Positions 48,942-59,347 of a DNA stretch of 64,000 bases are shown piece after piece. This stretch comes from a virus (Duplodnaviria; Caudoviricetes), in IMG/VR virus record IMGVR_UViG_2788499951_000002, positions 64,001-128,000 of that record; one strand, written 5' to 3'. The notes under the pieces were generated by a model. It was not told the DNA's origin. It saw only the letters and a program-made list of their open reading frames with translations, and did no database searches. Position 1 is the first letter of the stretch, and every line of letters starts with the position of its first letter. Both the position numbers and the translations under genes were made by a program.

Positions 48942-49558
48942 AGTGACTCCATGGCTTGTGTCAGATTGATGAAATGGATGATGTTGTCTGATTCCTCCTT
49001 AGAGAGAAACCGTATCAGCATCTCCGGATTGTTGAAATCGAAATCAGGAAGGAACTGAAGCATCTCATCTTTCGCATACGAAGATCCATATGTGACGGTC
49101 AGACCGATCCTGACTCCACCTTCGAACGTCGAGACATCCATACCCTCTCCCCACGGGGCGGAGTCGGCGTCTACCGGTGAATCAATCGCAATGATGAGGT
49201 TCAGGTAGTAGAGTACCGTCCCCTCTGCCGTATATCCCTCATCCTCATCAAACCCCAGATCGGTGATGACAGCGATGACACGAGCGTCGTCGAGTGCTTT
49301 TGTCAGTTCATGCATCGCGAATTCGCCACTGTTGGTGCTGAATATCGCGATGTCTTCCTCTGACATCGCATCCAAACCGCATGGCTTGGAATGCTCGAAC
49401 CCCGAATTCTTCCACTCGGTGAAGTGCTCTTGAAACGTATTTCGCACGGCGTGAAGACGGGAATCATCACGTCCACACCAGACCGTCATTGCATATGACG
49501 ATTGGACGGAGAATATCTCATGGTGGGACAGTAACTTGAGGCGTTCCTCATTGAACAT
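48938..49558 (-). CDS. C-terminal motif family, soluble (AMESL*); paralog of 50140-50769
   Basis: MF.E.RL, WK.SGF, D.GFD, PDFD.NNP..LIRFLS.EESD. Confidence 0.8.
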   Translation of the reverse strand: MFNEERLKLLSHHEIFSVQSSYAMTVWCGRDDSRLHAVRNTFQEHFTEWKNSGFEHSKPCGLDAMSEEDIAIFSTNSGEFAMHELTKALDDARVIAVITDLGFDEDEGYTAEGTVLYYLNLIIAIDSPVDADSAPWGEGMDVSTFEGGVRIGLTVTYGSSYAKDEMLQFLPDFDFNNPEMLIRFLSKEESDNIIHFINLTQAMESL

Positions 49559-49567
49559 CTCAGACTC

Positions 49568-50143
49568 CTACAGTTCGTTGATTGCTCTGATGTCAGAGAA
49601 GTGTTTACCCACCATATCAGATGCCTCTTTGTCTGTAAACAGGTAGAGTGCGATATGGTCCTCTCCGAGATCGATTCCACCTCCTCGCAGCGACTTCAAG
49701 AAGTCTACATTCGCGTATGTGGTTTGACTGATGAATACCTCGTTGATCACCATGGAGCCGGTTTTCTTGTTTCGTGTGGTCGCTGCGCTTATGACACAGA
49801 CTTCCCAAGTTTCATCGTTGACCATTGTGTAATTGAAATTAGACCGTGTGAAGTCACAGAACACGCCGATATTGCGGATGGTATCCGAGGGCATCGCGTT
49901 TATTAAGGATTCAGCGATTCTGACATTGGGACTACGCGTTGGGTCAATGCTCGCATTGAGGAAATCAGACAGAGACATCCCCTGAACGGTTGAGAATGTC
50001 CGCAGAATGCCATCACTGGTGTGGCGGCGCAGCGCAGATTCCATGTGAGTCTTTACCGAATCAGTCCAATTGTAGATCAGATGCTTCTCATTGAGCATAT
50101 TGAGAGAATCAATCAACGCTTGGGTGGCTGGGTTTGCTTTCAT
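49568..50143 (-). CDS. C-terminal motif family, soluble (AINEL*)
   Basis: Paralog of 48372-48941. Confidence 0.8.
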   Translation of the reverse strand: MKANPATQALIDSLNMLNEKHLIYNWTDSVKTHMESALRRHTSDGILRTFSTVQGMSLSDFLNASIDPTRSPNVRIAESLINAMPSDTIRNIGVFCDFTRSNFNYTMVNDETWEVCVISAATTRNKKTGSMVINEVFISQTTYANVDFLKSLRGGGIDLGEDHIALYLFTDKEASDMVGKHFSDIRAINEL

Positions 50144-50769
50144 AAGTCATCCATCGCAGTGGTGAGGATCAGGTATTCGATCAGGTGATCCGATTCCTCC
50201 CTAGAGAGAAACCGAATCAGAGGTATGGGGTTATTATGATCGAAATCTGGGAACAAGTCAACCATTTCCGACCAGCTCAACATGACGTCCCCATATGCAC
50301 TGGAGAGCTGTGATCTTATCCTATACCCATCATCATCGAACTCGTTTGATTGATCATAAAGTATCGACGGGACAACCTCATCATCAGAGTAATCCCCATG
50401 TGCGATCATCGCATTCAGGGGGTATCGACCGTTCTCCCCAGCGATGTCAAATCCGAAGTCACTGAGAAGGGCAATGATTCTCATCTTACTCAGTTGTGGT
50501 GGAGTGAACCCATACACGATATTCGCGATGCTCGTCGGTTGATTTGAATCCCCTGTTGTAAAGGTGTCATTCTTGATCAGACGGTCGAACCCACTGGGGA
50601 GGTCACATGAGAATCCAGACGCCTTCCAGTGTGCATAACGCTTATCGAATTCATCCACAAGGCATTGCGGGGGTTCAAGCAAGATCCCCCACGTGGTGAT
50701 ACCACTGCAGAGAAGGTGTTTGAAAATCTCATCTGCTGCTATCTCATTGAGTCGGCGTTCATCGAACAT
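50140..50769 (-). CDS. C-terminal motif family, soluble (AMDDL*)
   Basis: Paralog of 48938-49558. Confidence 0.8.
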   Translation of the reverse strand: MFDERRLNEIAADEIFKHLLCSGITTWGILLEPPQCLVDEFDKRYAHWKASGFSCDLPSGFDRLIKNDTFTTGDSNQPTSIANIVYGFTPPQLSKMRIIALLSDFGFDIAGENGRYPLNAMIAHGDYSDDEVVPSILYDQSNEFDDDGYRIRSQLSSAYGDVMLSWSEMVDLFPDFDHNNPIPLIRFLSREESDHLIEYLILTTAMDDL

Positions 50770-50770
50770 G

Positions 50771-51349
50771 TCAGAGTTCCCTCATGGCCACTGTCAGATC
50801 GTGGATTTCTGTCATCTGATTCTTCAGTTGGATGCCCTTGTCTTCAGGAATGAAGAACCAGACCGGTATATTCTCACCTTTGTTCAATTCAGCAGCCGAG
50901 GTGATGTGTTGAATGAGTTCCTCATGCAACCTGATACCTCGGAGGACATTCAGCTCATCAACCGCATATGTGAATTCCCCGTCACTGTCGACCGACTGCC
51001 AGATCACAGACAGTTCAGGGATATCATCATATCCTTCATCGGTCAATACGGCAAATACCCTCGACTTCTCATAGTCGAACCCACATGGGTAATATGATGT
51101 CTTCATCCAGCCGACATGACCCAAGATATCGTTGACACGCCTCGGGGACTCGTTTTCAAGTGAACACTCCCCCAGCAAGAAATCCGCCATGAGGTGGTCC
51201 TCACGGGTGTGTTTTTTCTCTGAAAAAACGGCAGATGCATGATCCTCGATCACATCGTACATCAGACTCACCGGAACGTAGACGGATGCCCTCCTTTCTG
51301 CCATGTAGATGAGTTCATAGACCTTCTGTATTATGACATCGTCCTGCAT
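50771..51349 (-). CDS. C-terminal motif family, soluble (AMREL*)
   Basis: Start MQDDVII in TGATG overlap. Confidence 0.75.
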   Translation of the reverse strand: MQDDVIIQKVYELIYMAERRASVYVPVSLMYDVIEDHASAVFSEKKHTREDHLMADFLLGECSLENESPRRVNDILGHVGWMKTSYYPCGFDYEKSRVFAVLTDEGYDDIPELSVIWQSVDSDGEFTYAVDELNVLRGIRLHEELIQHITSAAELNKGENIPVWFFIPEDKGIQLKNQMTEIHDLTVAMREL

Positions 51350-51894
51350 CACAATTCCTCCACGGCTAGACTCATGTGAATCGCATCTTTGACTGTGCGA
51401 TCCATGGCGGTTGATACAGAGAACCACTCGACGAATCGCTCTGGTGGTGTCGTTAGAACGCAAGGTTCACTCGGACGGTCTTTTGAATCCATCGAAGCGA
51501 TCATCTCGTGTAGCTTCCCACTGGTAACGAAACGAGTCAGTGTGAGTTCACCTTCATCCCGCCCAGTGAACACCAGAATGCTTTCGTTGGACCCTTGTCC
51601 GCCGTATTCACTCATGATCCCGACCAACACATATTCTGTCATGAGGCGATCACGGACCCCAATCATGTGGAGAAAATGAAGCAGGTCTTCTACCACACCA
51701 GCCAGATCGGCATCGATGAAACGGTCACCCGTCCCAACCTCAAGTGAGCCATTCTTCCCCTCAGAGATATCCCGCCGCATCACCTCGCGTTCATCCCATG
51801 TGATTCGGCTTAGAGCCATCTCGCTGATCGGTGAAGTGTGCCTCAGTATCTCGATGAAGTTGGTCATGGACTGATCACAGACTAGGCGCGTCAT
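51349..51894 (-). CDS. C-terminal motif family, soluble (AVEEL*); paralog of 51891-52469
   Basis: VG.GD.F, GI.SEYG..G.NE, EWFS.S. Confidence 0.78.
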   Translation of the reverse strand: MTRLVCDQSMTNFIEILRHTSPISEMALSRITWDEREVMRRDISEGKNGSLEVGTGDRFIDADLAGVVEDLLHFLHMIGVRDRLMTEYVLVGIMSEYGGQGSNESILVFTGRDEGELTLTRFVTSGKLHEMIASMDSKDRPSEPCVLTTPPERFVEWFSVSTAMDRTVKDAIHMSLAVEEL

Positions 51895-52469
51895 AATCCC
51901 TCCAATGCGATATACATGTGTACGTATTCGCTGAATTCCTGACCGGCGTCTTTAGAAATGGAGAACCATTCCGCATGTCGACGCTCGTTTATCGGTATGT
52001 CGGCCCACACTCTGCCAACTTGCGCAGTTCGGGGCTTGTCGTCCATCACCTCTATGATTGAATGAAGATGAGTATCCATAGTGAAGAGGTAAGATTCATC
52101 ACCAGTTTTGGTCGTGTCTCGCCAAATTATGACCGTCTCATTCAGCCCATACGGGCCGTACTCACTGATGATCCCGAACGGGAGTGCCTTGGCTGTGTCG
52201 ATACCCTCCTCGCGTTGGTATTCTTCACGGAGTCGATATACTAACGACGGGCGCACCTTGTGGTGCGTCTCAAGGAACTTGTCACCCGAACCAACCTTGA
52301 TTCCTTCCGGCGTATACAATTCATCAAGGGACACTGCGATCTCCTCGAACTGGCGAGTGATGATGATCTTTCGCATCGAATGCCAAGAGATAGAAGTCTC
52401 TACCTCTACATGCACCAGAAGCCTTTCGACGTCATCTCGAATGCCCGACGTACTGTCAAAAACTCTCAT
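51891..52469 (-). CDS. C-terminal motif family, soluble (ALEGL*)
   Basis: Start MRVFDST after GAGG. Confidence 0.78.
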   Translation of the reverse strand: MRVFDSTSGIRDDVERLLVHVEVETSISWHSMRKIIITRQFEEIAVSLDELYTPEGIKVGSGDKFLETHHKVRPSLVYRLREEYQREEGIDTAKALPFGIISEYGPYGLNETVIIWRDTTKTGDESYLFTMDTHLHSIIEVMDDKPRTAQVGRVWADIPINERRHAEWFSISKDAGQEFSEYVHMYIALEGL

Positions 52470-52473
52470 TCGT

Positions 52474-52881
52474 TCATCCTCTGTCTCGGTAGAATTCATG
52501 GGTACCGACAGCACCGACCATCTCGATCTTGCTGTAGTCCCACTGAGGTGTGACATAGTCTGCGTGATAGTAAAGCACATTCCCCATCAGAGGTCCAGCG
52601 TCAGTTGAGAGAACCGCATAGGCGGCTGCTTCTGCTTCACGTCGGGCCTTCTCGTTCGGCATGTCGAGACGCCCTGTGGCGATCTCAGTATTGCGGTACG
52701 AGAACTGGAAAGGCTGCTCAACCACGAGGCATGGGGTGTCTGGCCATCTCGGATCCAAGGTGCGATTATAGATGACTGCAGCCACTGCCACCATTCCAGA
52801 GAATCCCTCACCCCTTGCTTCGAAGTAGAGGGCTTCTGTCATGCATTCAAGTTGTGCCGCCATTACGAGTTCTGCAAACAT
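52474..52881 (-). CDS. cell wall hydrolase (SleB/Hydrolase_2 family)
   Basis: C..EALYFEARGE..G..AVA.VI.NR..P.WP...C.VV.QP.QFS, YYHADYV.P.W, G.H.FY. Confidence 0.92.
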   Translation of the reverse strand: MFAELVMAAQLECMTEALYFEARGEGFSGMVAVAAVIYNRTLDPRWPDTPCLVVEQPFQFSYRNTEIATGRLDMPNEKARREAEAAAYAVLSTDAGPLMGNVLYYHADYVTPQWDYSKIEMVGAVGTHEFYRDRG

Positions 52882-52907
52882 GGTGCTCTCTCCTGTTGTT
52901 TGATTGA

Positions 52908-52936
52908 ATCATACGTCAGACAGAGCACCATGTCAA
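52908..52936 (-). promoter_or_regulatory. sigma70-like early promoter inside the array
   Basis: TTGACA-17-TATGAT on the - strand. Confidence 0.8.
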
Positions 52937-52939
52937 CAC

Positions 52940-53422
52940 TCAAATTGACTCCATCGCGAGAGACATCTCCACATCGGGATGGTCGACGAATGACGCTGTG
53001 AGAAGTTTCACCGCCTCCTGTGTCTCAAGCCTGACGTAGTGTTTTCCCGCCTCACTGGACCCCTCTACGGTGAACCTGTCGGAAGAACCACGAACCCCAT
53101 GGGAGAAGAAAACGTTGCGGATGATAACCGAGTCCCCATCTGGTAGATGGCTCGGTGGTGGAACAGCACTCATTGTGACGGTTAACGTCTCTTCCATTGG
53201 ATCCCCGAATATCGCCTCAAGCGAAACACCCCAGTCATCCAGCAGTGCATACACACATGTTGAGCTTCCAATGGCATTCATGTATATGGTTCGGTCACCA
53301 TGTGGAGTTCCGTCGAGGATATATCGAAGCAGCCGCTCAATTGGAGGTGCGAGGACGATGTCACCCATCAAGATGGGCTTGTCTTCTGCCAGTAGTCTCA
53401 TGAAACGATCATAGTTCGACAT
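52940..53422 (-). CDS. C-terminal motif family, soluble (AMESI*)
   Basis: 160 aa. Confidence 0.75.
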   Translation of the reverse strand: MSNYDRFMRLLAEDKPILMGDIVLAPPIERLLRYILDGTPHGDRTIYMNAIGSSTCVYALLDDWGVSLEAIFGDPMEETLTVTMSAVPPPSHLPDGDSVIIRNVFFSHGVRGSSDRFTVEGSSEAGKHYVRLETQEAVKLLTASFVDHPDVEMSLAMESI

Positions 53423-54012
53423 TACAGTTGCTCCAGTGCGATTGAGTCGTTGATTATGTTGACAAACTGCATCGGGGCGACGGTAGTGCCGGTGACAACC
53501 CTGACATCGACATGGGTCGCCGCCTTAGGGTTACGGGAGAATGAATGCCCACCTCCCAACCTGCTCGCACCACGGGCGAGGATTCTCTGATTGCCCACGA
53601 CAGCGTTGAATAATACCTCGATTGAGTGGGGCAGTAGCTCGGATGTATCTGGATCGTGACAATGAACCGTCAGACACTTGATATGAACTCGTCCGGTGCG
53701 ACTAGGGACATACACCATCCGTGCCTTGACCGATGTCATGACAGCCATACCATTGACCTGAGACATCATGGGTGTCTCGGGTATCACGATCACGTCCATA
53801 TGGAGGTTGGCCCCGTAAGAAGCCCGAGGGATAACACTGTATCCTTCAGGGTTCTCAACGAACCCCCGCCATACTGAGAGGCCATCGGAGAGAAGCTTCA
53901 TCCCTTCGTGCCATTCCGAACGATACGGATCGTTCCACGTCGGTTTGTTTGATTCAAACGTATCCATTTCAACAATCCCATTGTTGGGGATCGGCGTGAT
54001 GATTGACGCCAT
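53422..54012 (-). CDS. C-terminal motif family, soluble (ALEQL*)
   Basis: 196 aa. Confidence 0.75.
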   Translation of the reverse strand: MASIITPIPNNGIVEMDTFESNKPTWNDPYRSEWHEGMKLLSDGLSVWRGFVENPEGYSVIPRASYGANLHMDVIVIPETPMMSQVNGMAVMTSVKARMVYVPSRTGRVHIKCLTVHCHDPDTSELLPHSIEVLFNAVVGNQRILARGASRLGGGHSFSRNPKAATHVDVRVVTGTTVAPMQFVNIINDSIALEQL

Positions 54013-54019
54013 GGTAACC

Positions 54020-54835
54020 TCACATTTTGTCGAGAGCGTGTTGGAATTTCAGATCTTCGAACTCCTGAGAGTCTTTGACCCAATCATAGCACAACATGTA
54101 GACATACCAAAGAACAAATTCGTTCATTTCGATCTGGCCGGAGAAATACTGACCATTCATCCCAACTCCGTCCATGTCGGCCAGTGACCGAGTGAAGAAC
54201 TCGTATGAGACATGATCAACATCGAGGAACATGAAGCGACTTTCGATCTCAATGAGGTGAGTGCTGCCGAACGGTACTTGATAGGTCATCTTGGTCGGCA
54301 TCAGCTGTTTCTTACCATTGACGTCCAATAAGCCGACCTCGTGAACCGTCGTGTTGTTCCTCAGCACGCTGGGGTCATCAAGAATACGCTTCACCCCAAC
54401 GCTGGTGTCGGATGTCACCCCATTCGGATCACTGGCGAGCAGTGAGACGGGTATCAAGAACAGGTGAATCATGACAGGGAGAAAACTATCATCCCTTGTC
54501 AACTCACCAGCCATGAGGAATGATGCCACAACGATGATCGCACCGACTGAAAGCGCCGCTGTTCCAATCTGGGTTGCTTTCATTCTGGGTATACATTCGA
54601 GACGATGACCCTTCACGGTGCAGGTGATAATGGTGATCATCAATGTAATCATAGCGATAGCACCGAGGGCTAATAACCGCACCCGCTCCGGTGTGGAGAA
54701 TCCGTCTATCACGATCAACAACGGAAGGAATGTGATTATGAGCAGTGTGGGAATCACTGCTGCCAACTTTCTTCTCCACCGGCGATGCAGCTGAATCGTG
54801 ATATGGTCTTCATCCGTCAGGTCGCGAAGGATCAT
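54020..54835 (-). CDS. C-terminal motif family, membrane (4 TM; ALDKM*)
   Basis: N-terminal hydrophobic helices, soluble C-domain. Confidence 0.75.
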   Translation of the reverse strand: MILRDLTDEDHITIQLHRRWRRKLAAVIPTLLIITFLPLLIVIDGFSTPERVRLLALGAIAMITLMITIITCTVKGHRLECIPRMKATQIGTAALSVGAIIVVASFLMAGELTRDDSFLPVMIHLFLIPVSLLASDPNGVTSDTSVGVKRILDDPSVLRNNTTVHEVGLLDVNGKKQLMPTKMTYQVPFGSTHLIEIESRFMFLDVDHVSYEFFTRSLADMDGVGMNGQYFSGQIEMNEFVLWYVYMLCYDWVKDSQEFEDLKFQHALDKM

Positions 54836-54844
54836 GTTGTCTCC

Positions 54845-55675
54845 TCAGATTTTTTCGATTGCGATGCGTTCTTGAGACACCATACCAGTGATGAGGGCAT
54901 GAATCAATTCGACGGAAGGCGCAGCACTCGATCCCCAGATGGACGCGGTTCTGAGATCCGCTGCATCGAATGCAGTTCGGGTCGAAATATCAGCGAGGAC
55001 ACTCGACTTGACCACATCTTCATCTGGCAGTTCAAATCGCAGACCACCCACATGGACAACCCCATGGAATTGATGGTCATTGATGATATTCGTCTTGGGA
55101 TTTCGTGCGACCATCTGGACCTTTGCTGTTGTTACAGCACCGTAATCCTCGATTTGAGTGGCGACCAGTCGTTCGATGTCACAATTGAATGATAGTTGGA
55201 GTGACCCACACTCAATGGTTGCGCTCGAGATCAGATGGACTGGCTTGTCTCCCACCCGAATGTCGGTTGTCTCAAGATGAGTCACTTCGAACTTCTTTGA
55301 GTCCCGCGTCAGGTACAGACGATATGCGATGACTTCAAGTCTGGACAGCGAGGTGTACTCCATCAGAGTCCTCATAAGCACCAATCCCATGAAGATGATA
55401 CCGAGGGACGCCAGACTTAACCCCACCACCGCGACTCCCAGAGGGCGATCATCTGATTCCATAAGTATCCCAGCATTGATTCCGTGCGTGATTGCCATCA
55501 CGGAGCCAAACAAGGAGGCCAGAATCAGCAGAACGAACGGGAGGCGTTTCTGGTAGATTCGCGCACGCTTTGCATCTTTCCACCGTCGGCGAGCAACCAG
55601 TGTCGGGGACATCCGGATGAAGTGGGCATGGAATCCGAGAAGGACGTTGTAAACAACATGGATGATGTAGTTCAT
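54845..55675 (-). CDS. C-terminal motif family, membrane (2 TM; AIEKI*); paralog of 55685-56500
   Basis: IH..I..MVS.E.IA tail shared. Confidence 0.78.
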   Translation of the reverse strand: MNYIIHVVYNVLLGFHAHFIRMSPTLVARRRWKDAKRARIYQKRLPFVLLILASLFGSVMAITHGINAGILMESDDRPLGVAVVGLSLASLGIIFMGLVLMRTLMEYTSLSRLEVIAYRLYLTRDSKKFEVTHLETTDIRVGDKPVHLISSATIECGSLQLSFNCDIERLVATQIEDYGAVTTAKVQMVARNPKTNIINDHQFHGVVHVGGLRFELPDEDVVKSSVLADISTRTAFDAADLRTASIWGSSAAPSVELIHALITGMVSQERIAIEKI

Positions 55676-55684
55676 TTCAAGACC

Positions 55685-56500
55685 TCAGAGCTGTGAGAGG
55701 GCGATGTGTTCCTCTGACACCATGTCAGAGATCATTGAGTGAATCGCGATGCAACGTGACGTACTGGTGTGTTTGAACCAAGCTTCCATCTGGTTTCCCA
55801 TGGGGAAGGCTTCACCATAGAGAGACGCGTTGATGCGGACGGATTGCCAGTCACTCCGAAGCACACCACCGTATGACTGGCCGTTGTAGACGATATCACC
55901 ACCCACCGATTTCGGCAAGTATTTGATGATGAGCTTGAAGTCAATCGGACCTGAGTTCGGGTGGCTACCATCTATCTGATCAATGATGATCTTGTCCACA
56001 TCGAGAAGGAAAGATACAGTCCGGATGCCGTCGTCGAGATCAACCCGAGAGATGATGGTGCGTATCTCATTGTTGACCTTTACCTTGGCCGTCCTGATGT
56101 TGGTGATCATGATTTCTCTCTTCTTGCGGGATCTCCACATGGAGTAGATGAGTGCCGCTGCCGAGTCGGTCCGGTTGCTCGGAAGTGCATGTTTGAATCC
56201 AAACAGTACGACCCCGATCCCAATCCCACCTATGAGGGAACCAAGTATGGCCAACTCAGGCACCACCGACCCACCGGCGTTACTCGGCCAATGTCCCCAT
56301 CCTACCCAAGTCCCCAGACCGATCAGGACGGATCCGAGGACTAGCATCGGGATCATCGGGAATGCCTTCAGTGTCTGCATGCGGTGTTGCCAGTGCCAAT
56401 CACTACTCAGTCCGAGTGGTGATCGCTTGAATCGCATTGCGCGGATGGACATACCAACACCCAGACAGAACATCTTGAGGGAGTTCATAAAAGATCTCAT
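55685..56500 (-). CDS. C-terminal motif family, membrane (2 TM; ALSQL*)
   Basis: 271 aa. Confidence 0.78.
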   Translation of the reverse strand: MRSFMNSLKMFCLGVGMSIRAMRFKRSPLGLSSDWHWQHRMQTLKAFPMIPMLVLGSVLIGLGTWVGWGHWPSNAGGSVVPELAILGSLIGGIGIGVVLFGFKHALPSNRTDSAAALIYSMWRSRKKREIMITNIRTAKVKVNNEIRTIISRVDLDDGIRTVSFLLDVDKIIIDQIDGSHPNSGPIDFKLIIKYLPKSVGGDIVYNGQSYGGVLRSDWQSVRINASLYGEAFPMGNQMEAWFKHTSTSRCIAIHSMISDMVSEEHIALSQL

Positions 56501-57357
56501 AAGTGCTCCAGTGCTATTTCATCAGAGAAGTCGATCTTGGATGCAAGCACCCACGTGATGAGAATATAGCCGATGTTGAGTGTGTTTTCAATCGACATTT
56601 TGTCCGTCTTGGATCTGGCACCCCATCCCCCCATGGATGACGTCGATACTCGTTCTTCCATGCTGACCTCGGTGGACAATGAGTACCGTGGCTTCACTTT
56701 TTCCGAACCGACCGACATCGACATGACTGACTGACGGACCCCCTTATCGCCGATTCCGATGAATGCCGGTGTGCTACCCGTGTCAATGAGTTCAAGTAGG
56801 CTGATCGGGTTCTTACCCCCACGTGATCTCGACATGCGAAGTGTCCATCTCCCGTCGAGCGTAATAGTCCCATCGACGGGAATGTGCATTACTTCGGGGT
56901 CTTCGCCGGTGCGATTGATTGTGAGGGTCTTGAACGTCACCCCGTCAACATCAATACGTGACTTGACTTCCTCTGCAGAGGTGGTCATTAGCCAGCGCAG
57001 CATCGAACGAATGCGCTCATCCGTTGCTTGGATCTGCTTGTTGGACTCTTGTTTTGGACGGAACTCACCAAGTGTGATACACAGCGCCAATGCATAAATG
57101 AGGGATGCAACCACAATGGTAACTCCGATGAACGCACAGACAACCTGCAGTCCGCTTCCGTCCGGTACATACATGATCATCCCAGTTATGGCGAGACCGC
57201 ATATGATCAACATTATCACCGAGTAGATACAGAACACCACATTATGACCATAGTACAACCCAACTTCGACCAGTTCCTCGAAGTCGGAGTCTCGGAGGTA
57301 CGGGATCTTGAGTTGTTCGATATTCCGCATGACTCGCCATGTTGTGAATATGTTCAT
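56497..57357 (-). CDS. C-terminal motif family, membrane (2 TM; ALEHL*)
   Basis: 286 aa. Confidence 0.75.
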   Translation of the reverse strand: MNIFTTWRVMRNIEQLKIPYLRDSDFEELVEVGLYYGHNVVFCIYSVIMLIICGLAITGMIMYVPDGSGLQVVCAFIGVTIVVASLIYALALCITLGEFRPKQESNKQIQATDERIRSMLRWLMTTSAEEVKSRIDVDGVTFKTLTINRTGEDPEVMHIPVDGTITLDGRWTLRMSRSRGGKNPISLLELIDTGSTPAFIGIGDKGVRQSVMSMSVGSEKVKPRYSLSTEVSMEERVSTSSMGGWGARSKTDKMSIENTLNIGYILITWVLASKIDFSDEIALEHL

Positions 57358-57364
57358 TGCTGCC

Positions 57365-58669
57365 TCACTTGATGATGTTGTTTGATTTAAGGGATTCTAG
57401 GTACAGACTAGCATCGTCCTTCCCGTAGAGCAATGCCTCATTCAAGAAGCACCCACGTCCACCGATGAACTCGGTAGAGGAGAAGTCGAACTCAGGGAAG
57501 ACACGTTCACTATAACGGCGGATGTCCTCACCGCTCAGATCCCCTACCTCAACGATTCGATCAATACGCCCCTTACGGGTGACAGCCGGATCAATCATCT
57601 CGAGATGGTTCGTAGTGAAGAACAGGATACAGTTGTCCAGAGGTACCACACCGTCCAGCACGTTCAGAACCCCACTGATAGTGAGTGGTGAGAAGTTCAT
57701 CAATGAGTCTCCCCCACTGCTGTTGACCTCTTCGCCACCCCCAGCGTTTCGATCATGAAACGCCTTGGACGAGTCAAAGTCCTCAATCACAACAACTGAG
57801 TTGGTCGGGACACTGTCCAGTGCTGCCTCGAATGTCTTGTCGGACAGGGTAGCCAGTGAGACAGTGCACAGGTTCATATTATAGTGAGAAGCGAGTGCAC
57901 GGATCAACGATGTTTTACCGGTTCCGGGCTGCCCATGCAAGATGAAGGCCAGTTTGTATGCCAGACTGTTGTCATAGTACCACCCACGCTGGTTCTTGAA
58001 GTGATCGATACATGAGGTGATCTCCTCGCGCATGGCGACCGGCATTGCAACAGACTCGAGGGGACGACGGGTGATGCGCTTGCTGCGCTCCCAATCCCCA
58101 TGCATGTCCATCTTGTAGACCGAGATCTTGTCATTGTCGTCGTCTTTCGGGGTGATTGAATCGAACAGCTCGGTGAAGATCGCATGGCGGCGTCCGAGCA
58201 TCGTCACGGTGATCTCTTCTTTCTGGCGCTCGGATCCGGATGAGTCCAACTTGTCCATGCGGATCCAGACCGGACGACCTCCCCAGAATGCAATATGATT
58301 ACCATACCCGAGGGAAACGGTAACGTGCTCCACGAACCGAGACAGATCACGGTCATAGGTTCGGGACGGGTTCACCGACTTTGAACGAGACAACCACTTC
58401 ACGGTGTGTTCCTCTGCCCACTCGAGGAATCGATTGTAGTTCTCCTGCTGTTCGAACCCTGCGTTGTTCAGAGTCAGAGTGGTGGTGGTCATGTGCTTGA
58501 TCTTTGCAAGCACTTTGGCTGGGATAGAGCGAGCTGCATACCCCACCCACGTAATAGCACCACCCCCGAGGATCCCCGCTAGGAATTCATTCCCATGAGT
58601 GGCTTCGTTGATGAATGCAGACCAAGCGGCTATTGCATCGCTGGCGTGTGTGATGAGTGATTCAATCAT
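57365..58669 (-). CDS. BCS1-like membrane-anchored AAA+ ATPase
   Basis: N-terminal TM (NEFLAGILGGG), G.H..F.G.P.W, RPLESV, WY....AYK, HGQPGTGKTS, IEDFD, SGVLNVLDG, TTNH...DPA..R.GRID. Confidence 0.88.
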   Translation of the reverse strand: MIESLITHASDAIAAWSAFINEATHGNEFLAGILGGGAITWVGYAARSIPAKVLAKIKHMTTTTLTLNNAGFEQQENYNRFLEWAEEHTVKWLSRSKSVNPSRTYDRDLSRFVEHVTVSLGYGNHIAFWGGRPVWIRMDKLDSSGSERQKEEITVTMLGRRHAIFTELFDSITPKDDDNDKISVYKMDMHGDWERSKRITRRPLESVAMPVAMREEITSCIDHFKNQRGWYYDNSLAYKLAFILHGQPGTGKTSLIRALASHYNMNLCTVSLATLSDKTFEAALDSVPTNSVVVIEDFDSSKAFHDRNAGGGEEVNSSGGDSLMNFSPLTISGVLNVLDGVVPLDNCILFFTTNHLEMIDPAVTRKGRIDRIVEVGDLSGEDIRRYSERVFPEFDFSSTEFIGGRGCFLNEALLYGKDDASLYLESLKSNNIIK

Positions 58670-58677
58670 GTTGTCTC

Positions 58678-59346
58678 CTAGAGGTCATGGAGGGCTGTGT
58701 TCATTCGGACATCATCAAGCCTATCAGATGTCAGGAAGAAATCAAGCAGCATTTCTATATGGGGTTGGTAGAATCGGCGATATATCACCGGATTGGTATA
58801 ATGTGGCAAGCTGTGTCCGAACCGGCACTCCCCACGGATCCCGAAGTAAACACGGGCACGATGTTCATGAACGGATGATATGCCGACATATGCAACAAGA
58901 GCCGCAATGGTCTGCATTCTACCGGTGGGGCCGACAATGGTGCATCGAATCGTCGCGAATCCATCAACTGGATGTATCGTGATATTGTTCTCGTGGAAGA
59001 TGTCATCGGGGTAGATCTTCGCCGTCAAGAAAGTCAGGATGCCCTCTTTGAGAGATCTGACCCCACGGTCGATGTCAGCCAACTCACTGACCTCACCTGA
59101 GAACAATCCCAGATTCGCAGATGACCAGAAGGTCAGGGCGGGGATCGCCGACATGAAAGACCCGAGCGCCAGTGGGATCCAGAACTCATATTCGTTCATC
59201 AATGCCCATATGAACCCACCCAGAGAGACAAAGACGATCAGTAGCCACACCACAGTATAAGCGATGTGTTTGACAAACATCCTCATCAGCCCTGCGTCTC
59301 TCATGACACCAAGATTCTTCAACGCCCATACGATTCCTCTGTTCAT
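58678..59346 (-). CDS. C-terminal motif family, membrane (2 TM; ALHDL*)
   Basis: Start MNRGIVW after AGGAG. Confidence 0.75.
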   Translation of the reverse strand: MNRGIVWALKNLGVMRDAGLMRMFVKHIAYTVVWLLIVFVSLGGFIWALMNEYEFWIPLALGSFMSAIPALTFWSSANLGLFSGEVSELADIDRGVRSLKEGILTFLTAKIYPDDIFHENNITIHPVDGFATIRCTIVGPTGRMQTIAALVAYVGISSVHEHRARVYFGIRGECRFGHSLPHYTNPVIYRRFYQPHIEMLLDFFLTSDRLDDVRMNTALHDL

Positions 59347-59347
59347 T

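Larger units (their letters stand above)
48354..49574. repeat. 25-bp exact direct repeat at two gene junctions (48354-48378 and 49550-49574)
   Basis: ATTGAACATCTCAGACTCCTACAGT in both places. Confidence 0.9.
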
